From positions 114,985-178,984 of the forward strand of contig JAJDZX010000037.1 in NCBI GenBank assembly GCA_022824395.1: DNA of 64,000 nucleotides. Direction: 5' to 3'. This stretch comes from Alphaproteobacteria bacterium (GTDB lineage Bacteria > Pseudomonadota > Alphaproteobacteria > TMED109). Positions 20,124 to 29,364 of the stretch are shown in pieces. Within the stretch, counting starts at the first letter, position 1; every line of letters starts with the position of its first letter. The position numbers and the translations under genes are program-made. The notes under the pieces are model-generated. The model made no database searches. It was not told where the DNA came from and was given only the letters and a program-made list of their open reading frames with translations.

Positions 20124-22775
20124 GTGCCCACGCGACGCCAATCGCCCAACATCTGGCCGGGCTTCGTCGATGGCATCTCGACGCTGTTGCTCGTCCTGGT
20201 CTTTCTCCTCGCGATCTTCGTGCTGTCGGAGTTCGTGCTGGGATTGCTCCTGAAGGGCCGGGACGAGGAGCTCCAGTCCCTGACCTCCCAGATGAATGCG
20301 CTGACCCGGCAGCTCGCCGAAGAGGAAACGCAGAACGCAGCGCTGACCCAGAACGTCCACGAACTGACCCAATCTCTCAGTGAATCAAAGACTCAGGTCA
20401 GTAACCTCCGAGCGGCGAACACGCGCCTGAACGATGACGTGCAGCTTCTCACCGAGAGCCTGCACGCGGCCGAAGCTCTTGGCGCGGATCTGGAGGCGAG
20501 AAACGAGCAACTGACTCTCAGGGTGCGTGAGCTTACGCAGTCGCTCGAAGCGGCCGAGACTCTCGCCGCGAATCGGCGGGTCCAGAACGATTCCCTTGCG
20601 GCGGACGTCCAGCGTCTCACGCAACTGCTCCAAGAAACCGAGACGCTCGCTACCGACCTGCAGGACCAGAACGAATCCCTTTCCGCGGACATCGAACAGC
20701 TCGCGCAGGCACTGGAGACGGCCCGCACCCGCGGCATCGAGTTGCAGGAGCAGAACGAAACGCTGGGCGCCGAAATCCAACAACTCTCGCAGGCCCTCGT
20801 CACGGCCCGACAACGCGGCGACGACCTCGAAACCCGGAACGAAGCCCTCGATGCCAACGTCCTGCAGCTCACCCAGGATCTGGCTGCCGCCCAGAGCCGC
20901 GGCGACGACCTCCAGACGCGAAACGAAACCCTCGACGCCGACGTCCGGCAGCTCGCCGACGAACTGGCGGCAGCCCGCACCCGCGGCGACGACCTGCAGG
21001 CCCAGAACGACACTCTGGAAGCCGACGTCCAGCAGCTGGCGCAGGCACTGATGTCTGCTGAGGCTCGTGGCCATGATCTTCAAGCCCAGAACGAGGCCCT
21101 GGTGGTTGACGCCCGGCAACTCTCGCAGGCCCTCGCCACGGCGGAGGCCCGTGGCGACACCCTTCAAGACGAGAACGAGACTCTCAACACCGACCTTCGG
21201 CAGTTGAGCGCAGCGCTAGAGGCGACCCGGAACCGCGGCAACGAACTGCAGGCACGAAACGAATCGCTGGGCGACGATGTCGAGCGCCTCGGGCTGGCGC
21301 TGGCGGCAGCGGAATCCCGAGGCGACGACCTGCAGAATGAGAACGAGTCCCTTCGCGCCAGCATTCGGCAGCTCACGCAGGCGCTGGCGGCGGCGGAAAC
21401 CCGCGGCGACGACCTGCAGACCGCGAACGAAACCCTCAACACCGACGTCCGGCAGTTGACGCAGGCACTGACAGCCGCGGAGACCCGCGGCGACGACCTG
21501 CAGACTGCGAACGAATCTCTTGACGCCGATATCCGGCGGCTGACGCAGGCACTGGCCGAGACGCGCGGTCGAGGCGACGAACTCGAGGCCCAGAACGATT
21601 CGCTCGCGACCGAGCTTCAAGAGTTGGCGCAGGCCCTCGCGACAGCGGAGGCCCGCAGCACCGAGTTGGAGGCGAGAAACGACTCGCTGAGCGCGGATTT
21701 CCAGAAGCTCACGCTTTCTCTGGAGGCCGCCGAGGCGCTGGGACTGAACCTTCAGTCGGAGAACGAGCAACTGACGACGGACCTCGAGCGGCTTTCTCGC
21801 GATCTGCAGGAAGCCGGGACGCTGGAAACCGGCCTCCAGGCCCGCAACCGGGACCTGTCTTCGGAAGTCGGGACGCTGCGTCGGTCGCTAGAAACGGCGC
21901 AGTTGCAAGAAATCGAACTGCGGGAGGAGATCGAGCGATTGCGCGGCAGTGCGCGGGACCTCCGTGCCGACGTCAGCCGGCTGCGGTCTTCGGAGCAGAA
22001 TCTAGCTGACCAGACCCGGGATCTCGCACTTGACAAGGACCAGCTCGAACAAAGGCTGGCCGAACTTGCCGCGGTGGCGGCGGCGGCCCGGACGGACCTC
22101 CTGCAATCGGAAGCGGATCTCGAGCAGGAACGGGCCCTGTCGGAGGCGGCAAGGGAGCAGGCGATCACGCTGAACCGCCAGCTCGCCGACGTCCGTGCCC
22201 GGCTCGACGAACTGGGACGGCTCCTCGATGCAGCCGAAGCCGACCGCGAGGCCAAGGAGATCCAGATTGTCGAGCTCGGCAAGCGGCTCAACGCTGCGCT
22301 CGCCACCCGGGTCAGCGAACTGGCACGCTATCGCTCGGAGTTCTTCGGACGCCTCCGGGAAATCCTCGGGAACCGCGCGGACGTCCGGATCGTGGGCGAT
22401 CGTTTCATCTTCCAGTCCGAAGTGCTGTTCGCGAGCGGTTCGGCGGAAATCGGTCCGAGCGGCCGCGACGAAATCACCGGAGTCTCTGCCGCCCTGAAGG
22501 CCCTGGCGGAGGATATCCCGGATGACTTGCCCTGGATCCTCCAAATCGAGGGCCATACCGATACCGACCCGATCGCCACCGAGCAGTTTCCTTCCAACTG
22601 GGAGCTGTCGGTAGCGCGGGCCACCGCGGTCGCCCGCATCCTCCTCGACAACGGCCTGCCCCCTGAGCGGCTCTCGATTGCCGGCTTCGGCGAGTTCCAG
22701 CCGATCGATCCTGGTACCAACCCCGCGGCACTTCGTCGTAACCGGCGGATCGAGCTCAAGCTTACGCGCCCGTAG
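20124..22775 (+). CDS. MotB/OmpA-family protein with Asp-containing N-terminal TM, about 650-aa repeat-built helical region and C-terminal peptidoglycan-binding domain
   Basis: 883 aa. The N-terminus NIWPGFVDGISTLLLVLVFLL resembles the MotB/TolR TM, with Asp16 (gat at 20169-20171). The C-terminus IEGHTDTDPI..NWELSVARATAVARIL..RRNRRIELKL is OmpA_C-like. It starts 9 nt after the MotA-like gene. Confidence 0.85.
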   Translation: MPTRRQSPNIWPGFVDGISTLLLVLVFLLAIFVLSEFVLGLLLKGRDEELQSLTSQMNALTRQLAEEETQNAALTQNVHELTQSLSESKTQVSNLRAANTRLNDDVQLLTESLHAAEALGADLEARNEQLTLRVRELTQSLEAAETLAANRRVQNDSLAADVQRLTQLLQETETLATDLQDQNESLSADIEQLAQALETARTRGIELQEQNETLGAEIQQLSQALVTARQRGDDLETRNEALDANVLQLTQDLAAAQSRGDDLQTRNETLDADVRQLADELAAARTRGDDLQAQNDTLEADVQQLAQALMSAEARGHDLQAQNEALVVDARQLSQALATAEARGDTLQDENETLNTDLRQLSAALEATRNRGNELQARNESLGDDVERLGLALAAAESRGDDLQNENESLRASIRQLTQALAAAETRGDDLQTANETLNTDVRQLTQALTAAETRGDDLQTANESLDADIRRLTQALAETRGRGDELEAQNDSLATELQELAQALATAEARSTELEARNDSLSADFQKLTLSLEAAEALGLNLQSENEQLTTDLERLSRDLQEAGTLETGLQARNRDLSSEVGTLRRSLETAQLQEIELREEIERLRGSARDLRADVSRLRSSEQNLADQTRDLALDKDQLEQRLAELAAVAAAARTDLLQSEADLEQERALSEAAREQAITLNRQLADVRARLDELGRLLDAAEADREAKEIQIVELGKRLNAALATRVSELARYRSEFFGRLREILGNRADVRIVGDRFIFQSEVLFASGSAEIGPSGRDEITGVSAALKALAEDIPDDLPWILQIEGHTDTDPIATEQFPSNWELSVARATAVARILLDNGLPPERLSIAGFGEFQPIDPGTNPAALRRNRRIELKLTRP
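20403..21914 (+). repeat. In-frame tandem array of about 18-20 copies of an 84-bp (28-codon) unit inside the MotB-like gene
   Basis: The consensus unit is roughly DLQxxNExLxxDVRQLTQALAAAExRGD. Neighbouring units around 21300-21560 are near-identical at the DNA level (..gcggaaacccgcggcgacgacctgcagaccgcgaacgaaaccctc.. against ..gcggagacccgcggcgacgacctgcagactgcgaacgaatctctt..). Degenerate copies extend to about 20320 and about 22000. Confidence 0.9.
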
Positions 22776-22961
22776 TCCCGGCGGCAGCCGAAGGTCGCGG
22801 CAGACATCTGATAGCATGGCCCCGGTGGCAACTCAGCGGTTGGCTTCGCCGCTGCGGCACGTTCCGTCCAGGGTTCCGATCACAGGAGCGTTTCCTGCGA
22901 ACCTGGCCTCGCCTGATTGCCGCCAGCCCCCCGCTTCGGTGAACTCCCGCGCAAGAATGCC

Positions 22962-24494
22962 ATGCAAGACGTCCTACGAACTCTCCGGCGAAAACGGCGC
23001 GATGCCCATCTGGGTGGCGGCACCGCGCGCATCGAGAAGCAACACGCCAAGGGAAAGCTGACCGCACGGGAACGTCTTTCCGCGCTGCTGGACCCTGGAT
23101 CCTTCGAGGAGTTTGACATGTTTGTCGAGCACCGGAGCGGTGATTTCGGCATGCAGCGGCAAACGATTCCGGGCGATGGCGTCGTGACCGGGTGGGGCGA
23201 GATCGGCGGGCGCCCGGTGTTCGTGTTCAGCCAGGATTTCACGGTGTTCGGCGGCTCGCTGTCGGAGGCCCATGCGGAAAAGATCTGCAAGGTGATGGAC
23301 CAGGCCATGAAGGTCGGTGCGCCCGTGATCGGCCTGAATGACTCCGGCGGGGCGCGCATCCAGGAAGGTGTCGCGTCACTTGGCGGCTACGCCGAGGTGT
23401 TTCAGCGAAACGTGCTGGCCTCGGGCGTGGTCCCGCAGATCTCCGTGATCATGGGTCCCTGCGCAGGTGGCGCCGTTTATTCGCCGGCCATGACCGACTT
23501 CATCTGCATGGTGCGCGACACCAGCTACATGTTCGTTACCGGCCCGGACGTCGTGAAGACCGTGATTCAGGAGGAGGTGTCGCACGAAGAGCTCGGTGGC
23601 GCCCGGACCCATACCGCCAAGTCCGGGGTCGCCGATCTCGCGTTTGACAACGACCTGGAAACCCTTTCACAGGTCCGGCGCCTGTTCCAGTTCCTGCCGC
23701 TTTCGAATCGTGATGGCGTGCCGGTCCGCGAGACGGCCGATCCCGCCGACCGCGACGAGCCGTCCCTCGATTCGCTGGTTCCGGTGCAACCCAACAAGCC
23801 GTACGACATGCGGGAGGTACTGGAAAAGGTCCTCGACGAGGGCGACTTTTTCGAAATCCAGCCTGACTTTGCCGGCAACATCCTGATTGGCTTCGGCCGC
23901 GTTGCGGGGAGAACCGTGGGCGTGGTGGCCAATCAGCCGATGGAGCTCGCGGGCTGTCTCGACATCGACTCCAGCCGGAAGGCTGCCCGCTTCGTGCGTT
24001 TCTGCGACTGCTTCGACATTCCGATCGTCACGTTCGTGGATGTCCCCGGCTTCCTGCCGGGAACCGACCAGGAGTACGGCGGTCTGATCAAGCACGGCGC
24101 CAAACTCCTGTTCGCCTATGCAGAGACCACTTCCCCCAAGATCACCGTGATTACCCGAAAGGCATACGGCGGTGCCTACGACGTCATGGCGTCGAAACAC
24201 CTCCGAGGCGATATCAACCTGGCCTGGCCGACTGCGGAGATCGCTGTCATGGGGCCGAAAGGTGCCGTCGAGATCATCTTCCGGGCGGACATGGGTGATC
24301 CCGACAAAATCCAGCAGCGCACGGACGAATATCGCCGCAAATTCGCAAATCCCTTTGTCGCAGCCAGTCGAGGGTACATTGACGACATCATCCTTCCGCG
24401 CGAAACGCGAACCCGAATCGCCCGCTCTCTGAAGATGCTCCGAGACAAGCGCCTTACGAACCCGCCGAAGAAGCACGGAAACATCCCGCTGTGA
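22962..24494 (+). CDS. pccB: Propionyl-CoA carboxylase beta chain (carboxyltransferase)
   Basis: ORF 22917..24494. The start is set at [36 protein letters not shown]. Contains [11 protein letters not shown] and [34 protein letters not shown]. Confidence 0.92.
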   Translation: MQDVLRTLRRKRRDAHLGGGTARIEKQHAKGKLTARERLSALLDPGSFEEFDMFVEHRSGDFGMQRQTIPGDGVVTGWGEIGGRPVFVFSQDFTVFGGSLSEAHAEKICKVMDQAMKVGAPVIGLNDSGGARIQEGVASLGGYAEVFQRNVLASGVVPQISVIMGPCAGGAVYSPAMTDFICMVRDTSYMFVTGPDVVKTVIQEEVSHEELGGARTHTAKSGVADLAFDNDLETLSQVRRLFQFLPLSNRDGVPVRETADPADRDEPSLDSLVPVQPNKPYDMREVLEKVLDEGDFFEIQPDFAGNILIGFGRVAGRTVGVVANQPMELAGCLDIDSSRKAARFVRFCDCFDIPIVTFVDVPGFLPGTDQEYGGLIKHGAKLLFAYAETTSPKITVITRKAYGGAYDVMASKHLRGDINLAWPTAEIAVMGPKGAVEIIFRADMGDPDKIQQRTDEYRRKFANPFVAASRGYIDDIILPRETRTRIARSLKMLRDKRLTNPPKKHGNIPL

Positions 24495-26497
24495 AGCCCC
24501 GCCGGCGGATCCGGCCGTTCCGGAAAGTCCTGATCGCGAATCGCGGCGAGATCGCGTGTCGGATCATCCGCACGTGCCAGCGGATGCGCATCAAGACCGT
24601 TGCCGTCTTTTCCGAGGCCGACCAGAACGCGCTGCACGTGGAAACCGCGGACGAGGCGATCGGGATCGGCCCCGCCCCCGCTAGCCAGAGCTATCTACGG
24701 TTCGATTCCATCCTGGCCGCTGCGCGCAAGACAAAGGCTGATGCCATCCACCCCGGGTACGGCTTCCTTTCGGAAAACGCGGCATTCGCCCGCGCCGTCG
24801 AAGAAGCCGGCATCGCCTTCGTCGGGCCTCCTGCCGACGCCATCGACATCATGGGCGACAAGCTGGCCGCCAAGAAACTGGCGACCGGTGCAGGCGTCAA
24901 CGTCGTTCCCGGCAACGCCGAGCCGGCGGCGTCCGGCGCCGAAGCGGCTGCCATGGCCGGCTCCATCGGTTATCCCGTGATGCTGAAGGCTGCTGCAGGG
25001 GGCGGCGGCAAGGGCATGCGCATAGCCGGCAACGATGCCGAAGTCCGCGAACTGTTCCCGCTGGCGTCGGGCGAGGCGCAATCCAGTTTCGGCGACGCGC
25101 GGGTGTTCGTCGAGCGCTACTTCCCCAATCCCCGCCATATCGAAATTCAGATCCTCGCCGATGCGCACGGGCAGTGCATTTCACTTGGTGAGCGCGAGTG
25201 CTCCATCCAGCGCCGGCACCAGAAGGTCTTTGAAGAAGCTCCGGCGCCTCGGTTCGACGCCGAACTCCGGGAGCGCATGGAGGTGCAGGCCGTCGCGCTG
25301 GCCCGGGCAGTCGGATACCGCTCGGCAGGTACCGTCGAGTTCATCGTCGATCCGGAGGGAGGGTTCCATTTCCTCGAGATGAACACCCGTCTGCAGGTTG
25401 AACATCCGGTGACGGAACTGGTGACCGGCGTCGACCTCGTGGAGGAGATGCTCAGGATTGCCGCCGGCGAGCCGCTCCGCTTTGGCCAGCAGGATGTGCG
25501 GCCTGCCACCGGCTGGGCCATTGAAGCAAGGGTTTATGCGGAGGACGCGGAACGGGGTTTCGTACCCTCCATCGGGCGCATCCGCCGGCTGGTCGTGCCG
25601 TCCCCAGCCGGGCAGCAGGAACTCCGGATTGACACCGGGGTCGTGGAAGGTTCCGAAATCACCTCGCACTACGACCCGATGATTGCCAAGGTGGTGGCGT
25701 ACGGCAGTGATCGCCGGCATGCCGTGCGTTCGATGCAGACCGCCCTGGACGGGTTCTATATCCGCGGGCCCCGAACCAATGTCGCATTCTTGGCCAACGT
25801 GGCCCGAACCGACAGGTTCGAGGCTGGTGAGCTTGACACCGGCTTTCTCGATTCCGAATACCCCGACGGCTATCGGCCGAACCCTCCCGAGGGAGAAATC
25901 AGGGACGTGATCACCGCCGCGGCCACATTCGCGTACCTGACCGAGGAGGCCAGGATCATGCCGACGGCGCACGCGCGGCAAGTCGTCGTCGTGCTGGGGG
26001 ATGAAGATCTCCCCTGCAGGGTCTCGGCAGCCGAGGGCGGGTACGATGTGGAGGTCGGCAGCCGCCAGCTGGCCGTGAGAAGCGCCTGGCTACCGGGGCA
26101 GCCCGTGTTTCACGGCCGGGTGAACGCAAAACCGGTGGTCATCCAGGTCGACCCCGCGGTGGAGGGATGGACGTTTACGCATGCCGGCGTGACGGCCCAT
26201 GCCCTGGTCCGCACGCCGGAAACGGCTGCGCTCGCGGTGCACATGCCGAAGAAGGTCCCGCCGGATGGTTCGAACCAGCTGTGCAGCCCCATGCCGGGAC
26301 TGGTGCTCTCGATTGCGGTCGCCACGGGTGACGTGGTGCGGGCGGGGCAGGTGGTAGCCGTGGTGGAGGCCATGAAGGCCGAAAACCAGCTTCGAGCCGA
26401 ACGCGACGGTGTCATCCGACGGGTCGGCGTAAGCGAAGGTGACAACATCGCTGCCGACGACGTGATCGTGGAGTTCGCCGAAGCGGAACCCGAGTAG
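24491..26497 (+). CDS. pccA: Propionyl-CoA carboxylase alpha chain (biotin carboxylase plus BCCP)
   Basis: 668 aa. Contains [48 protein letters not shown], and the C-terminal biotinyl motif [11 protein letters not shown]. The GTG start overlaps the pccB stop. Confidence 0.92.
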   Translation: MKPRRRIRPFRKVLIANRGEIACRIIRTCQRMRIKTVAVFSEADQNALHVETADEAIGIGPAPASQSYLRFDSILAAARKTKADAIHPGYGFLSENAAFARAVEEAGIAFVGPPADAIDIMGDKLAAKKLATGAGVNVVPGNAEPAASGAEAAAMAGSIGYPVMLKAAAGGGGKGMRIAGNDAEVRELFPLASGEAQSSFGDARVFVERYFPNPRHIEIQILADAHGQCISLGERECSIQRRHQKVFEEAPAPRFDAELRERMEVQAVALARAVGYRSAGTVEFIVDPEGGFHFLEMNTRLQVEHPVTELVTGVDLVEEMLRIAAGEPLRFGQQDVRPATGWAIEARVYAEDAERGFVPSIGRIRRLVVPSPAGQQELRIDTGVVEGSEITSHYDPMIAKVVAYGSDRRHAVRSMQTALDGFYIRGPRTNVAFLANVARTDRFEAGELDTGFLDSEYPDGYRPNPPEGEIRDVITAAATFAYLTEEARIMPTAHARQVVVVLGDEDLPCRVSAAEGGYDVEVGSRQLAVRSAWLPGQPVFHGRVNAKPVVIQVDPAVEGWTFTHAGVTAHALVRTPETAALAVHMPKKVPPDGSNQLCSPMPGLVLSIAVATGDVVRAGQVVAVVEAMKAENQLRAERDGVIRRVGVSEGDNIAADDVIVEFAEAEPE

Positions 26498-26827
26498 CGG
26501 CCGGTCCTCGGCGGAAGGGTCGCGGACACCACCAGCGCAGACTGCCACCCGTCCCCGGGCTTGGCCCTGAGCGAACACTGCCGACTCCCGCACCCCCTGG
26601 GCGACAGCCGCCTGCACGGCGGCGGCAAAACGTCGGTGACGGGCGACCGGCGGGAAGCAGTCACGGGCTAGGTCCCGCTGGCGGTACGGCTCGCCGTCCC
26701 GGCCGGCGGCTCGGTGCCGGGCAGAGGTTTTGGACACGCGCCGTCGGGAGACCTCGAGAAGGGAGCCGCGCGCAGTCCTGTTCCCGGTCCGGCAGGCCCG
26801 GCTGGACCGGGGGGGATCCGGGTTGGC

Positions 26828-27640
26828 CTACGCCGGCGGGTGCGGCGGCGTGTCGCTCCCGAGTGTGAGGAGGCAGTCGTCGTTCAGAGGCCTGATCCCA
26901 CTCCAATCACGCGTACACAGGTGCTCGGCACGCTCGAACTTGGTGGGCGGATTGTCGACGGCGCTGACGTTGAGATAGAAGATGCGCCGCGGCCAGGGAG
27001 TGATGTTGCCCGCCGAGCCGTGGACGATGTTGGCGTGGCTGATCAGAACCGACCCGGGAGGGCCGACGAACGGCTCGATACCGCCCGTGGCGACAATCTG
27101 CGTGAGATCCTCCTCGCTGATCTGGAACACCGTGTAGCTGGGCGATTCGTGGTTGTCCTCGGCCGTGGCGATCAACCCTCGGTGGTGGGAGCCCGGCACC
27201 AGCATGAGCGGCCCGTTGATGGAACTGGCCTCGTCCAGCAGGATCGCGACCATGAAGGCGCGTGGCTCCCGGAGTCCGTCGCGGTCCGACCAGGTGGCGT
27301 AGTCCTGGTGCCACGTCCAGGGCCCGCCACGGAATGCGGCCTTCGTGTTGAGGCGCGACTGGTGGATGTAGACCGGCCCACTCATCAGGGCCTGAACCGG
27401 CTCCAGCCAGCGCGGATGGCGCGAAAGGCGGCTGAACGCCTCGTTGTGCCGGTGGGCACCGTAGACCATCCGCACGGAATCCGATTCCAACTCGTACACG
27501 ACCTCCGGGCCCGTCCGAGACGCGACTGCCCCGATCTCCGCTCGCACGGCTGCGATTTCGTCCTCCGAGAAGAGGCCCTTCAGCGTGATGAAGCCGCGGT
27601 CTTCGAAATCCCTCCGCATAGTGTCGGTAAGTGCGGTCAT
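26828..27640 (-). CDS. PhyH-superfamily Fe(II)/2-oxoglutarate dioxygenase, ectoine hydroxylase (EctD)-like
   Basis: 270 aa. Contains WTWHQDYATWSDRDGLREPRAFMVAILLDE..INGPLMLVPGSHH..LISHANIVHGSAGN. It has the HxD..H facial triad and an NGPLMLxPGSH string like EctD, recalled from memory. Confidence 0.75.
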   Translation of the reverse strand: MTALTDTMRRDFEDRGFITLKGLFSEDEIAAVRAEIGAVASRTGPEVVYELESDSVRMVYGAHRHNEAFSRLSRHPRWLEPVQALMSGPVYIHQSRLNTKAAFRGGPWTWHQDYATWSDRDGLREPRAFMVAILLDEASSINGPLMLVPGSHHRGLIATAEDNHESPSYTVFQISEEDLTQIVATGGIEPFVGPPGSVLISHANIVHGSAGNITPWPRRIFYLNVSAVDNPPTKFERAEHLCTRDWSGIRPLNDDCLLTLGSDTPPHPPA

Positions 27641-28012
27641 CGCTTCGTCCTCGGTGAGCCCCGTCGCGTCGGTGGGTCAGCAGCCGCGCCGCTGCCCTAG
27701 TTCTACCATGCGCGCTTCCGCCGGCGTTCAGCGACTTGCCACGGCTACAACACGGCCCCCATCCCGGGTCCCGGCCGGTCGCTCTCACAGGCCCGTCGGC
27801 CACGCCGGTTTCACCCCCCGGTGTGATGGGGCGGGGCCGGTGTTGGGGTGAGCGCGCGCGAGGGTGCCGGGGTGCCCAAGTCGTTGTCGCCACCCTAGTT
27901 TTCTTTTATCGTCCTGAAAGCCGGGACGAGTCCCTCGATGCGGCGGCTGCATTCTTCCGCCCGCCCGTCCACTATCTCGGTGATCGCCTCATACGATACG
28001 CAGGATTCAGCA

Positions 28013-28564
28013 ATGCATCGGCCTACCCAAATCCTTGTGGCCCTCGGCGTGGCGCTGGCGCTTGCCGCCTGCGGCAGCCCGTCCGAGCAAGAACCGACCG
28101 CCAGCCCGGCGGAAGTCGTTGATGGAACGAATCTCACCGACATTACCGAGCAGGACATCGATATCGAAACCGAAGAGATGGCCGGCGTCACCCAGTTGAC
28201 TCCTGAAGAGCAGGCTGAGGTCGATCTGATCGAGGCTGGCGATCGGGTCTACTTCGACTATGACAAGAGCGCCATTGGCGTCGAGGGAGAAGCAACGCTT
28301 CGTGCGCAGAGCGAGCTCCTGCTTGGCGCCCCGGCGCTGACGGTCACGATCGAGGGGCATTGCGACGAACGCGGTACCCGGGAATACAACATCGCGCTCG
28401 GCGAACGTCGCGCCGAGGCCGTCAAGACCTATCTCGTGTCGCTCGGGGTAGCGACCGACCGGATCTCGACGCTCTCCTATGGGAAGGAGCGCCCTGAAGT
28501 CGCCGGCCACAACGAAGACGCTTGGCGCCAGAACCGGGTCGCGATCACCGTCATCAATCCGTGA
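28013..28564 (+). CDS. pal: Peptidoglycan-associated lipoprotein Pal
   Basis: ORF 27938..28564. The start is set at MHRPTQILVALGVALALAAC, a lipobox. Contains VYFDYDKSAI..IEGHCDERGTREYNIALGERRAEAV..NRVAITV. Confidence 0.92.
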   Translation: MHRPTQILVALGVALALAACGSPSEQEPTASPAEVVDGTNLTDITEQDIDIETEEMAGVTQLTPEEQAEVDLIEAGDRVYFDYDKSAIGVEGEATLRAQSELLLGAPALTVTIEGHCDERGTREYNIALGERRAEAVKTYLVSLGVATDRISTLSYGKERPEVAGHNEDAWRQNRVAITVINP

Positions 28565-29364
28565 TCCGGCGTGCTGCAGCAGTCGTGACGGCGGGCCTCT
28601 GGGCCGCAGTACTCGCCGGTCCCGCCGTTTCCCAGGAGGCGGACGATGCGCGGCTCGAAGCACTGGAGACCAGGCTCGAGGCCCTGTCGCGCCAGGCCGA
28701 AGCGATTGCGAGCCAAGCGCGGCGCCTGCAGGAACTTGAAGATTCCCTGCGTGCCGTAACCGGGGCGATGCAGGAGAACCGTCATCTCCTTGATCAGATT
28801 CGCGGACAACTTCGACAGCTGGAAGAGGCGCGGGCGGAACCAAACGCAGCGCCGCCCCAGCAGGCGCCCGTGCAGGCCGCCGGCGCCGGCGAGGAGCCGG
28901 GAACCGGGGACACGGCGCCGGCGGAAGGACAGCCGGTACCAGTCGCGGAAGCGCCGCCAGTCCCAGTCACGCAGTTTGACGATGAGGAAGCCAGCTACCG
29001 GCGGGCGTACGAGTTGCTCGGCTTAGCGGACTATGCCGCGGCGGAGGTCGCTTTCCGTGAGTTCATCCGCAACTACCCCAACAGCACCCTGACGGACAAC
29101 GCGTACTACTGGCTTGGCGAAAGCCACTACGTGCGTGAACAGTACGAGCAAGCGGCAGCCGAGTTCGCCCGCGGGTTCCGAAGCGCCCCCGACAAGCAAA
29201 AGGCTCCCGACATTCTGCTCAAGCTGGGGCTCTCGCTGATGGCGCTGGGCAAGAACGACGACGCGTGTCAAGCCTTTCAACGCCTCGAGTCGGACTTCCC
29301 CGACGCTTCGAAGCGCACGCGTGACCGGGCTGTCCTCGGCCGTGAGCGCGCTGGCTGTAACTGA
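28561..29364 (+). CDS. cpoB: Tol-Pal system protein CpoB/YbgF (coiled coil plus TPR)
   Basis: ORF 28522..29364. The GTG at 28561 overlaps the pal stop (GTGA). It has a signal peptide, a coiled coil LEALETRLEALSRQ, and the C-terminal YRRAYELLGLADYAAAEVAFREFIRNYPNSTLTDNAYYWLGESHY. Confidence 0.88.
   Translation: MIRRAAAVVTAGLWAAVLAGPAVSQEADDARLEALETRLEALSRQAEAIASQARRLQELEDSLRAVTGAMQENRHLLDQIRGQLRQLEEARAEPNAAPPQQAPVQAAGAGEEPGTGDTAPAEGQPVPVAEAPPVPVTQFDDEEASYRRAYELLGLADYAAAEVAFREFIRNYPNSTLTDNAYYWLGESHYVREQYEQAAAEFARGFRSAPDKQKAPDILLKLGLSLMALGKNDDACQAFQRLESDFPDASKRTRDRAVLGRERAGCN

Noticed and set aside
20800-21600. Eight RGD tripeptides (RGDDL/RGDTL/RGDEL) in the MotB-like repeats as integrin-binding or adhesion motifs.
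   Set aside because: The tripeptide is simply part of the repeat consensus. The protein is predicted to be periplasmic and peptidoglycan-anchored, and there is no evidence of surface exposure or a host-associated context.
20403-21914. The regular 84-bp repeat array as a CRISPR locus or non-coding satellite.
   Set aside because: The repeats are contiguous with no unique spacers, maintain one open reading frame throughout, and encode a heptad-patterned helix inside an 883-aa gene that has clear N- and C-terminal domains.
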